Below the pieces are notes generated by a model that ran no database searches, was not told the origin of the DNA, and saw nothing but the letters and a program-made list of their open reading frames with translations. Below are positions 47,180 to 55,973 of a DNA stretch of 64,000 nt, in pieces (within the stretch, counting starts at the first letter, position 1; every line of letters starts with the position of its first letter). A program made the translations under genes and the position numbers. The DNA comes from an uncultured bacterium (GTDB lineage Bacteria > Omnitrophota > Omnitrophia > Omnitrophales > Aquincolibacteriaceae): contig CAZEFF010000002.1 in assembly GCA_964511315.1 (NCBI GenBank), positions 2,230-66,229 of the forward strand. Reading direction: 5' to 3'.

Positions 47180-47887
47180 ATGAGTATGATTCAGCCTTCA
47201 GATTATAAAGAAAGCGGGCTTTATCTCATTTTTCCTGACGGAAAAACTCTCACTCTCACACACAGCATGATCGAAGAGCGGAGCGCCGCGATTCTGGCGA
47301 ATCCCGAATTGATTCCGCCTCAGGTGAAAGAGGCCGAAGAGTTTCAGCTTTGCACGATTTGCCCTAAGCACGGTACACCTGGCGAAACTTGTCACGCCAT
47401 CCGGCCCATTTTGGCCTTCTGGGAAAATCTTGATGAGCATCTTTCCTATGACCAGGTCACCGCCGTTTTTCGGGGAAATTCTCCAAGTGAAATCATGATT
47501 GCCGAAACCACCATGCAAAGAGCTCTCCAGTATCTTTCTATCATGAGTCTGATGTATTACTGTGAAACAGGAAAAAAATACTGGAAATACTTTTACGGGG
47601 TTCATCCCTTGATGGGAACCGAGGATGTCGTGATCCGCGTTTACATGAATATGTTCTGGATGTGTGAAGGCAATCTTGAAAAAACACGGGCGCTCATCAC
47701 AAAATTTCATGACGAGATCACCACTACCACGCGCTGTCAGCTCGGACGAATCCGTTTATTCTGCAAACATGACTCCTTTCTAAACGCGCTGGTGATTACT
47801 CAGCTCGCATCCGAATTTCTCGCGATGAACGCGGAAGATGTCATCCGGCGTCACGTTTCAACCTTTGACCAATCCTTTTCTTTATAG
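47180..47887 (+). CDS. hypothetical protein
   Basis: 235 aa with no recognisable family; Cys/His cluster (CTICPKHGTPGETCH). Confidence 0.4.
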   Translation: MSMIQPSDYKESGLYLIFPDGKTLTLTHSMIEERSAAILANPELIPPQVKEAEEFQLCTICPKHGTPGETCHAIRPILAFWENLDEHLSYDQVTAVFRGNSPSEIMIAETTMQRALQYLSIMSLMYYCETGKKYWKYFYGVHPLMGTEDVVIRVYMNMFWMCEGNLEKTRALITKFHDEITTTTRCQLGRIRLFCKHDSFLNALVITQLASEFLAMNAEDVIRRHVSTFDQSFSL

Positions 47888-47994
47888 CGTCAGCCCAAAA
47901 AAACCCCCAAAAAAGTAAACTCCTATGAACGGCTATAAACGATTATAATAGCCGCCTGTTATCATCCTCTAAATTCGACCACAAAGGAGCAACT

Positions 47995-48555
47995 ATGGGA
48001 GCCTTAGAAGCATCAGAAATTCGCGTCGGAACCGTCCTTAAAATCGGAAACAGCTACTGCACCGTCCTCACGCAGGAAATTCGAGGCACGGGAAAGATGA
48101 GTAAGAAGGTTCAGCTGGGTCTTCGAAATCTTGAAGACGGCAATTTCAGCGAAAAAAGTTTTAACGCCGGAGAAAAAGTTGAGGACGTGGATGTCATGCA
48201 CGTCAAACTTCAGTATCTTTACAAAGACGGCGAACAGTTTGTCTTCATGAATCAGGAAACCTATGAACAGTTTCCGCTTTCAAGCAAGGCCATCGGCAAA
48301 CAGGCTGTTCTTTTAAAAGAAAACATGGAAATTAACTCGCTTTATATTGGCGATAAACCCGTCAGCCTTGAGTTTCCGAGGACGGTCGACATGAAAGTTA
48401 TCACAACCCCGCAAGGAAGCGGCAGCGACGGCAATTATAAAGAAGCCGAGCTGGAGAATGGAATCCTGGTGAGGGTACCTCAATTTATCAAGCAGGATGA
48501 AATGATCCGCATTAATACCGCCGATTTCACTTATGCCGAGCGTGTCGCAAAGTAA
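47995..48555 (+). CDS. efp: elongation factor P family protein
   Basis: 186 aa; three-domain EF-P pattern (RVGTVLKIGN...; YLYKDGEQFVFMNQETYEQ; VRVPQFIKQDEMIRINT). The loop region RGTGKMS differs from the canonical KPGKGQA. Confidence 0.75.
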   Translation: MGALEASEIRVGTVLKIGNSYCTVLTQEIRGTGKMSKKVQLGLRNLEDGNFSEKSFNAGEKVEDVDVMHVKLQYLYKDGEQFVFMNQETYEQFPLSSKAIGKQAVLLKENMEINSLYIGDKPVSLEFPRTVDMKVITTPQGSGSDGNYKEAELENGILVRVPQFIKQDEMIRINTADFTYAERVAK

Positions 48556-48580
48556 GTAAAATTCAAAAAGGAATTCAATC

Positions 48581-49300
48581 ATGAAGCCAAAACTCTATCA
48601 ATATGCCGCTTGTCCCTTCTGCAACAAAGTCCGAACGATCCTTAAATATAAAGGCGTGGATTTTGAAACGGTAGAAGTGCATCCGATGAACAAGAAAGAA
48701 ATCGCGTTCTCAGCCAATTACCGGGCGGTGCCTATTTATATTGATTCCAACGGCATACAGGTCAATGACTCGACCCCGATCATGAAGTGGATTGATACCG
48801 AATTTCCCGCGCGGAAAGTTTTTGCCGTGGATGCGTCTGAGAAAACACGTGAAGATTATTGGCTCGAGTGGTCAGATAAGTTTGTGAAGGGTGTGCCCGC
48901 CGCGATTTATGATACATTCCCAAACGCTCTGACTTCGTTTAACTACATCACAAAGATTGCCAAGTTTAACTGGTTCGAAAAACAATTCCTCAAAGTGTTC
49001 GGGGCGTTTGTCATGTCTTTAGTCGCGAAGAAAATCAAGAAACGCGAGCAAATCGATGATCCCGCCGAATTCTTGAAAACCAAAGCCGGGGAGTGGATTC
49101 GGGGTCTTGAAGGCCGTTCGTTTATGGGAGGAGCTCAGCCCAATGGCGCTGACTTGGCTGTTTACGGAATCTTTCAGTCGATCACGGATCTCAAGGCGGG
49201 GGATTTAATGCGTCAGAATGCTGAGTTCGCTGCCTGGCTTGACCGTGTCCGTGAATCGATTGACGCCGCCGCTGATATCGCGCAGGCCTCCGCTGGGTAG
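48581..49300 (+). CDS. glutaredoxin 2-like / GST-fold protein
   Basis: 239 aa; N-terminal thioredoxin-fold with CPFC active site, C-terminal helical GST-like domain. Confidence 0.6.
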   Translation: MKPKLYQYAACPFCNKVRTILKYKGVDFETVEVHPMNKKEIAFSANYRAVPIYIDSNGIQVNDSTPIMKWIDTEFPARKVFAVDASEKTREDYWLEWSDKFVKGVPAAIYDTFPNALTSFNYITKIAKFNWFEKQFLKVFGAFVMSLVAKKIKKREQIDDPAEFLKTKAGEWIRGLEGRSFMGGAQPNGADLAVYGIFQSITDLKAGDLMRQNAEFAAWLDRVRESIDAAADIAQASAG

Positions 49301-49397
49301 TCTCTTTATTCCGCTTTTCCTCAGTCTTTTTTCATTCTGGGAAAATGATCATTATTGATATACATTTTTCTCTGAAAAAGGGCGATATACTTCTTGT

Positions 49398-49763
49398 ATG
49401 GACAAGACCGTGTTAATTATTGATGATGAGCCCGATTTAGTCGAAATCGTCAAAAGCCATGTGGAAGATGCGGGTTATTTGGTTCAGGCAGCACGCGACG
49501 GCAAGGAAGGGCTTAAAATCGCGAGAGCCATTAATCCTGATCTCATTATTCTGGATATCGGAATGCCCGGAATGACGGGACTGGAAATGCTCGAGAGACT
49601 TCGGCAAACTCCAGGCCTCCAATCCACGCCGGTTCTTATGCTGAGCGCGCAAGGGCAAAGCACAAATATTTTTGAAGCTGACCGGCTTCGGGCCGCTGAT
49701 TTTCTCATTAAACCTTTTACGCGAGAGGAATTAATTCTTGCTGTTCAGCAAAACATACGGTAA
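49398..49763 (+). CDS. single-domain response regulator (CheY-like receiver)
   Basis: 121 aa; conserved DD...D (ILD)...K receiver residues; no output domain and no adjacent kinase. Confidence 0.8.
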   Translation: MDKTVLIIDDEPDLVEIVKSHVEDAGYLVQAARDGKEGLKIARAINPDLIILDIGMPGMTGLEMLERLRQTPGLQSTPVLMLSAQGQSTNIFEADRLRAADFLIKPFTREELILAVQQNIR

Positions 49764-49787
49764 TCACCCAAAGTCATTGGAGGGGAT

Positions 49788-50000
49788 ATGAAAAAAAACG
49801 CGGCTCTGCTTGCGTTAATGCTCCTCGGAATTTTAGCGTTGGCGGGCTCATCCAACGCGTACGCGGATGAAGACGCTCCCTGCGTGATTGACGGGGATAC
49901 CTGCGTGATGGGAGGCGCTCCATGCTGCAGCGCTCTATCAAAATGTAAGGGATTTTTTCCAGCCACCACATGCCAGGCGGACTTTGATAAAAATCAGTAG
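49788..50000 (+). CDS. small secreted cysteine-rich peptide
   Basis: 70 aa; signal peptide (LLALMLLGILALAGSSNAYA) then a 6-Cys mature region with C-x6-C-x7-CC-x5-C-x8-C spacing; RBS GGAGGG upstream. Confidence 0.5.
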   Translation: MKKNAALLALMLLGILALAGSSNAYADEDAPCVIDGDTCVMGGAPCCSALSKCKGFFPATTCQADFDKNQ

Positions 50001-50006
50001 AAAGTT

Positions 50007-53000
50007 TTACGCGGCTTTAGGCTGGGCGGCGTGAGATGGAATATCGAGTAAGCATTGGCCTGCCGCTTGTTCAGAAATCTGTTTTGCTTCCGCGGAACCA
50101 TCCTGCAAAAGTTTTTCAGCAGCAGCCTTCATTTTTGGATCCTGCGTAAATGTTTCTCTTACCACACCGTCAAAAAGAAAATTAGCGAGCGCGAGAAAGC
50201 TCATCCCTTGACTCGGCATTAAATAGTGGGGCGAAGTCTTTCCGGTTTTCCAATCGATCGAATCAATAAACCCGTAGGTCAAAGGCTTCGGAGCCGGCGC
50301 CGTTTCTTCAGTCATCTTCACTTCTGATTCCTGATTGGCGGTATCCGCCGCTTCGCCTTTAGTTGAAGAGGCTTCACCGGGAATAGGAACAACCGTCTGC
50401 AAATTTGAATCCGCGGCAGTTCCTGGGAACCAAAGGGCTTTTCCGTCTGACAAATAAGAAATGGACGATGTAAGACCGCCCGTAAACTGAATTTGACCGG
50501 GGACGTAAATTCCAGCTTTCGCGCCAAGCCCCAGCAGTTCGCCGAGCCGAGCGGGATTCGCCAGCTTCACCGCTAAGTCCGGCTTAACCGAGGTTCCATA
50601 ACTTAATGTTTTTACCCAATCTTTCAGGGCGGAGGAATCGGTCACCGCAAAACCCATGGCCTGGATGAGGCTGCTTAGCGCCGGCTGATCATAATTCGCA
50701 ACCGCGGCGCCATGTCCGCTTTCTAAGAAAGAAGAAAGTTTTTCAATCTCACCGTGCTGATTTAAAAAGAAAACTTCAGTACCGGAACTGACAGCCCAAA
50801 GTTTCGAGGCGCCTCCCGGAACGGGCTCCAGCAGACAGGAAAAAGACTTTCCGTCTTTTAAAAGCAGCCGGCAGGGTGTGTAGACAAGCGATTCGGCACC
50901 CAGACCCAGCAATTCTCCGGCGAGAGAAGGTTCGGGCAAGGATTCCGTTAAACCTGATTTTAAAACCGAGCCGGGACGGATGGAATTAATCAAAGATTGA
51001 AAAGAGTTTCCCCCAGAAGGGGAATATCCTAAAACCGGCGCGAGTTTTTCAAAAGCCGACGTGTCATATTTCACCGAAGTATCAGGAAGCGCGGCCGCGT
51101 CAACATAGTCGCTCAGTTTGGATAATTTTCCTTCGCGGTTCAAAAAGAAAACTTCAAGCGCGTCCAGAACAGCCCACGGTTTAACTGCTTTGATATTATC
51201 GCCGGCCGGCAAAACCGGCGCGGAAACAGGGGAAGAACCGGAAACCGCGGAAATTGCCGCTGGGGCAGCCGTGTCGGTTTTCGATTCCGCGACAAATGCC
51301 GCGGGAACCGTAACGCCGCTTTTAAACGAAGGGGTGTATTCCACTTTTCCAGGAACGTAAAGGCCGGTCTGCGAAGCAAGCGCGGTCAAGTCTCCCAAAT
51401 CTGAGAATGGGCTCAGCGACTGAATCAGTTCTTCCTTGAGCACTGTTCCGCGCGTGAGACTCGCGATAGAATCTGTTGGCGACGAACCATTGAGTTCAGG
51501 GGTGGACGCGGTGATTAAGGTTTCCAGCGGTGATTTTTCGTATTGAGAGATTTTTTCGTTTTCTTTTGCGCGATCAATAAAGGAAGAAAATTTTTGAACA
51601 TTGCCTTCTTTATCCAGAAAATAAACTTCGCGGTTCCAAATAAGCGCCCAAGGTTTAGGAGCTCCTTCTCCCGAATGAGAAAGGATGACCGGCGCGGTCC
51701 TGCCATTGGTAAAATAAATTTTGCCCGCAGAGTAAAGTTCGAGCCTTGAGGCCAGCGCGAATAAATCGCCGGCGAGGGAAGGTTTGGAAAGGGTTTCCGC
51801 CAGTCCCTGCTTGATCTGAGTTCCCGCAGTGATTCCTGAAGTGATTTTCTTAATGGTTTCTCCGGGCGCGAGAGAATACCCAATCGCTTCTGCCAATTTA
51901 AGAAAAGCTGTTTCATCAAAAGAGGGGACTGAAATTTCTTTTTGCGCGGGCACAACCCAATCACTGAATTTCTGGATTTTTCCGTCACGGTCTAAAAAGT
52001 AAACATTCGTCGAGTCAATCAGCGCCCATGGCGAAACAGATTTCATGGTGTCGTATCCCGCCGCAACGGAATCAGATGCTGTTTGCGACACGGCCGGTTC
52101 GGCCGGCGGCGCTTCTGGAATCGAGGGACGCGCCCCCATTTTTTCAAGCGTCTTTAAATTCGCAATGACTTGATTAGGAAAATGTTCAATCGCAAGAATC
52201 GAAGCATAAGGCGCCACAATTTCATCACGAAGGAGACCGTAACCCACATAGTTGCCGCGGGTATCGAGCGATGCCGACCAGCCCCAAACAGGCGCGCCAA
52301 TATTTGCCGCGTGCGTCATTTGAGATTGGGTATAATTTTGCTGTGAGAAACCCATCATGGTTTCACGCTCATCAATAAAAAGGCCCGCGAGATAAGGCAT
52401 ATAAGCGCCGCCATCTTCATAGCCAGGCACAAAAAACCATACGCCGTCTTTCTGCTGAATAGGACGAATCATCGCGTCCCAGTGCTTCTCGGGCGCGAAC
52501 CCCCGCGCAATCATATAGAAGCTAATAAGTCTCGCTTCCGACGCGAAAAATTTGTTGTACCAATTTCCCCATGGCTGAGACACCGCGAAATTTTTTGCCG
52601 CGGCATCGTATCCGCCTTTCAGCCATCCGCTTTTAGGGTCATATAAATTTTTAAACCGCATCCCGCGCAAAAGACCGCCGATCGGCTGACGCATCTCATC
52701 CGGAAAAACTGAAAGCGCTAATTGAAGACCGCCGACTAAATTGGTGACGTGTTTGCTGTAAGAAAATTGATTGATTCCGCTGATAGGTTTTAATGAGCGC
52801 GCGGCAAGCCAAACACGCGGAAAACCTTCCCATTTTTCCATTTTGGCAAGACTGTCAAGCACCGGATTAATTCTCGCGAGCGCTTCTTCTTTTGTAATTA
52901 AATTTGTTTTATAGGCAATCACCGTCGCGGCTAAATAAAGCCCGACATTTGAAATGGAAGTGGCGGGCTGACGCGCGTCAGAATCATACGGCAGTCCTGT

Positions 53001-53234
53001 TGAAGGCTCCACAAAAGTGGAAATATAGCGCCAGGTATCTTTATACACATCCATTAAATAATCACGGTCCGCGGGAGAGAGTGTAAATTCAGGCGCATTC
53101 GCGGAGGTAGTAATGACAGGCTGACGGGCTGCCGCGAAAACGGGCGAGGTACCCGTCGGAGCCGACATTAAACAAAGCAAAAATAACGTGAATGGAGTGA
53201 GGGCCCGAGAGCGCAGAGTTTTTATAATGGACAT
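50007..53234 (-). CDS. secreted DUF3131-like (alpha/alpha)6 glycoside-hydrolase-like protein with four C-terminal ~150-aa repeats
   Basis: Start set at the internal Met that begins a signal peptide (MSIIKTLRSRALTPFTLFLLCLMSAPTGTSPVFAAA); the ORF track extends to 53405. The N-domain is homologous to the DUF3131-like domain of the giant ORF (VEPSTGLPYD; SQPWGNWYNKFF; FVPGYEDGGAYMPYLAGLF). Four repeats begin PWALI/PWAVL...VYFLD..G..QKFS. Confidence 0.6.
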   Translation of the reverse strand: MSIIKTLRSRALTPFTLFLLCLMSAPTGTSPVFAAARQPVITTSANAPEFTLSPADRDYLMDVYKDTWRYISTFVEPSTGLPYDSDARQPATSISNVGLYLAATVIAYKTNLITKEEALARINPVLDSLAKMEKWEGFPRVWLAARSLKPISGINQFSYSKHVTNLVGGLQLALSVFPDEMRQPIGGLLRGMRFKNLYDPKSGWLKGGYDAAAKNFAVSQPWGNWYNKFFASEARLISFYMIARGFAPEKHWDAMIRPIQQKDGVWFFVPGYEDGGAYMPYLAGLFIDERETMMGFSQQNYTQSQMTHAANIGAPVWGWSASLDTRGNYVGYGLLRDEIVAPYASILAIEHFPNQVIANLKTLEKMGARPSIPEAPPAEPAVSQTASDSVAAGYDTMKSVSPWALIDSTNVYFLDRDGKIQKFSDWVVPAQKEISVPSFDETAFLKLAEAIGYSLAPGETIKKITSGITAGTQIKQGLAETLSKPSLAGDLFALASRLELYSAGKIYFTNGRTAPVILSHSGEGAPKPWALIWNREVYFLDKEGNVQKFSSFIDRAKENEKISQYEKSPLETLITASTPELNGSSPTDSIASLTRGTVLKEELIQSLSPFSDLGDLTALASQTGLYVPGKVEYTPSFKSGVTVPAAFVAESKTDTAAPAAISAVSGSSPVSAPVLPAGDNIKAVKPWAVLDALEVFFLNREGKLSKLSDYVDAAALPDTSVKYDTSAFEKLAPVLGYSPSGGNSFQSLINSIRPGSVLKSGLTESLPEPSLAGELLGLGAESLVYTPCRLLLKDGKSFSCLLEPVPGGASKLWAVSSGTEVFFLNQHGEIEKLSSFLESGHGAAVANYDQPALSSLIQAMGFAVTDSSALKDWVKTLSYGTSVKPDLAVKLANPARLGELLGLGAKAGIYVPGQIQFTGGLTSSISYLSDGKALWFPGTAADSNLQTVVPIPGEASSTKGEAADTANQESEVKMTEETAPAPKPLTYGFIDSIDWKTGKTSPHYLMPSQGMSFLALANFLFDGVVRETFTQDPKMKAAAEKLLQDGSAEAKQISEQAAGQCLLDIPSHAAQPKAA

Positions 53235-53429
53235 GATTTGCCTTTCAATTTTTTTGGGAATGGAAACAATAATATAGAGTAAAATTCGCCTCTTGTCTAA
53301 CGCAGAGAAAAAGCTAATTCGGACTTTTTCTATATGATAAGTCCTGCAATATCTTTTTAGTCGATGCGCAATTCTCAGCCATAAGTTCGCTGGACAAAGC
53401 CGCATAAATCTTGGATTATACCCCCCTTC

Positions 53430-54686
53430 ATGAAAACAGCTGAATTTGATGTCTGTATTGTAGGAGGGGGACCCGCGGGAATGCTTGCCGCCCTCCTCTT
53501 AGCCAAAGGCGGTAAACGGGTTCTCGTGATTGAACAGCATCATGATTTCGCGAGAGAATACCGCGGCGAAGTATTGATGCCGCGGTTCACACAAATCATG
53601 CGGCATGTCGGCCTATTTGATCATCTCGAAAAATATCCTCACCGGAAACTGCCAGGCCTTGAAGGTTTTTATCACGCGAAGCGGTTCATACGTATCGGCA
53701 TCGATAAAATTGCGCCCGAAGTTCCTTTCGCGGTATGGATGCCTCAGCCGGTCATGCTCGCGGCTTTTCAGGATAAAGCCAAAGAACTTTCAACTTTTAA
53801 TTTATGGTTCAACACCGGCGTCAAAGAACTCATTTTCGAAAACGGAATTTGCAAAGGCATCATCGCTGAAAAAGATCATGAAGCGGTTGAGATCCGCGCG
53901 AAAGTGATTGTCGGCGCCGACGGCAGATTTTCAATGATCCGAAAACTCGGTCATTTTGAACTTGATCAGGAAAGCCATAAATTTGATCTTGTCTGGTTTA
54001 CCGTTCCCGAACCGGAAAACTACGATCATCAAGTTCAATTTTATCTTTCAAAAAGCCGCAACTATCTGATTCTTCCGAAATATCCGAAGTCACTGCAAAT
54101 CGGTGTGGTCGTACCCGCCGGAGAATTTACCCATTACCGGCGGGAAGGCATTGAATCCTTCAAAAAAATTCTTTTAGAAACCGGCCAGCCGATCATTCAA
54201 AAATTCGCGCGGGAAGTCACTGACTTCCATTCATTCTTTCTTCTTCAGGCAAAAATCGAACACGTCAAAGAATGGGCCAAAGACAGCTTGCTCTTAATAG
54301 GGGATGCCGCTCACACCTGCTCACCTGCGGGGGCTATCGGGGTTTCTGTGGCAGCTCAAACCGCGGCAACCGCAGCCGATGTCATTTTTTCCTGCTTTGA
54401 GAAAAACGATTTTTCAAAAAGCGCTTTGTCAAAGGTTCAGCAAACGAGGGATGCCGACGTTCTTGGCATCCTTAAAATGCAGGAGACCGTTTCGGGTCTA
54501 TTGTTTCCCAAGTCGCGATTCTTTCAGAGCTGGATCGTTCCCGCCGTTCTTTTTTTGATCGCGAAGCTTGGAATATTTAAGATGTTTCAACGGAGGCTGA
54601 TGGTGTTACAATCGGAGCTTACCATTTCGGAAGAATTAATTTTTACAGAACCGTGCCCGGCGGAGTCCGGCGCACCGAATCATTAA
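53430..54686 (+). CDS. FAD-dependent monooxygenase/hydroxylase (UbiH/geranylgeranyl-reductase-like family)
   Basis: 418 aa; FAD fingerprint DVCIVGGGPAG; GADG motif; LIGDAAH..SPAGAIG. Confidence 0.75.
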   Translation: MKTAEFDVCIVGGGPAGMLAALLLAKGGKRVLVIEQHHDFAREYRGEVLMPRFTQIMRHVGLFDHLEKYPHRKLPGLEGFYHAKRFIRIGIDKIAPEVPFAVWMPQPVMLAAFQDKAKELSTFNLWFNTGVKELIFENGICKGIIAEKDHEAVEIRAKVIVGADGRFSMIRKLGHFELDQESHKFDLVWFTVPEPENYDHQVQFYLSKSRNYLILPKYPKSLQIGVVVPAGEFTHYRREGIESFKKILLETGQPIIQKFAREVTDFHSFFLLQAKIEHVKEWAKDSLLLIGDAAHTCSPAGAIGVSVAAQTAATAADVIFSCFEKNDFSKSALSKVQQTRDADVLGILKMQETVSGLLFPKSRFFQSWIVPAVLFLIAKLGIFKMFQRRLMVLQSELTISEELIFTEPCPAESGAPNH

Positions 54687-54695
54687 GGAGATTTT

Positions 54696-55166
54696 ATGAG
54701 CAAGCGGGTATTATCTTTTCATTACACATTAACGGGAACCGACGGCAAGCAAATTGACAGCTCCCGCGGCGGCCAGCCTTTTCCTGTCATGGAAGGCTCC
54801 ATGCAAATTATTCCGGGCCTCGAGGAAGTTCTTTTTAAAATGACTAAGGGCGAAAAAAAAATCGTCCAGGTTCCCGCGGAAAAAGCTTATGGAAAATTTA
54901 ATGATAAATTAAAACTCAAAGTTCCAAAATCAAAACTGCCCGCATCTGATCTGCAGGTGGGCATGCAGTTTCGCGGCGGAAATGAAGAACACGCGCCCAT
55001 TTTTACCATCATCCAAATTGAAGGCGATACTGTTCATTTAGACGGCAATCATCCGCTGGCGGGCCAAGACCTGACTTTTGATGTTGAAGTCGTGGAAATC
55101 CGCGAAGCCACTGCCCAGGAAATGCAGCATGGACACGCGCACGGCGCTCATGGACATGATCACTAA
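54696..55166 (+). CDS. slyD: FKBP-type peptidyl-prolyl cis-trans isomerase SlyD-like
   Basis: 156 aa; FKBP domain with an insert-in-flap and a His-rich C-terminal tail (HGHAHGAHGHDH). Confidence 0.75.
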   Translation: MSKRVLSFHYTLTGTDGKQIDSSRGGQPFPVMEGSMQIIPGLEEVLFKMTKGEKKIVQVPAEKAYGKFNDKLKLKVPKSKLPASDLQVGMQFRGGNEEHAPIFTIIQIEGDTVHLDGNHPLAGQDLTFDVEVVEIREATAQEMQHGHAHGAHGHDH

Positions 55167-55473
55167 GAAAAAACTTTTTGCCCTTTCGGCACTGATATTT
55201 TTTTTACCTTCTTTTTTTTGCTTGGCGGAAACGCCGGCAAAACAGAATGAGACAAAGAAGGAACCTTTCAAAGCCTCAACGCTGTGGGGAATCCGCAGAG
55301 GGCCGAACGCGCCTAAAGAAAAAGAGACAGAAAAGCCGAAATCCGATGAACGCGCGGACGCAATCAATGAATATTACAGAAAGCGGGCAACGGGCGAATT
55401 AGGAAGCCCGCAGTCCAGTTCCGCGAAAAGCACTTCGAGCTCTTCACAATGTCAGCAAGGATCATCAAAATGA
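55150..55473 (+). CDS. small secreted Ser/Lys-rich hypothetical protein
   Basis: Signal peptide (KKLFALSALIFFLPSFFCLA); start chosen at the internal ATG; overlaps the slyD end. Confidence 0.3.
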   Translation: MDMITKKKLFALSALIFFLPSFFCLAETPAKQNETKKEPFKASTLWGIRRGPNAPKEKETEKPKSDERADAINEYYRKRATGELGSPQSSSAKSTSSSSQCQQGSSK

Positions 55474-55973
55474 AAACATCAAAAATGATTCTACCGATTT
55501 TAGCTTACGCGGTGAGTGTTTATGTCTCCTGGAAATTCTGCGCGGGTTATTGGGTGGTGGGCCCGGTTTTCGCGGCCGCTCTGATTATCGCGAACCTTGA
55601 CACCGTGAGAAAAAAATTCTCGCTCAAACCTTACGGCCTCGTGATTCTTTCAACCTTGATTTACGCGCTGGTTTTCTGGATCAGTGAAAAGGGCTGGCGC
55701 CTTCAGCCGGAGTGGCTCGATATGCTGGCGGGATCACTTTCCGCGGGTGTTATTCTCGGAAGCGTTCTGATGCCGGCACTTCACGCCTCCCTTTACGGCT
55801 TCGAAGTAAAAAATGCGCAGATCACTTCGGCCGCTCTTATTGTTTCATGGTACGTGTGTATTTCGCTCTCACTCATGAAGGAATATATGGGGCTAAGGCT
55901 GCCTATCAGCGAAGGACTTCTCGCGATTGCGTTATGGCAGGGGATTTATCTTAACCGGATGAAACTTAAATAA
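55449..55973 (+). CDS. hypothetical integral membrane protein
   Basis: 174 aa with 4-5 predicted TM helices. Confidence 0.4.
   Translation: MSARIIKMKTSKMILPILAYAVSVYVSWKFCAGYWVVGPVFAAALIIANLDTVRKKFSLKPYGLVILSTLIYALVFWISEKGWRLQPEWLDMLAGSLSAGVILGSVLMPALHASLYGFEVKNAQITSAALIVSWYVCISLSLMKEYMGLRLPISEGLLAIALWQGIYLNRMKLK

Noticed and set aside
53235-53405. N-terminal 57-codon extension of the minus-strand DUF3131-like gene
   Set aside because: The extension lacks signal-peptide character, whereas the internal Met begins a textbook signal peptide. The upstream stretch is more likely the promoter region shared divergently with the FAD-monooxygenase gene.
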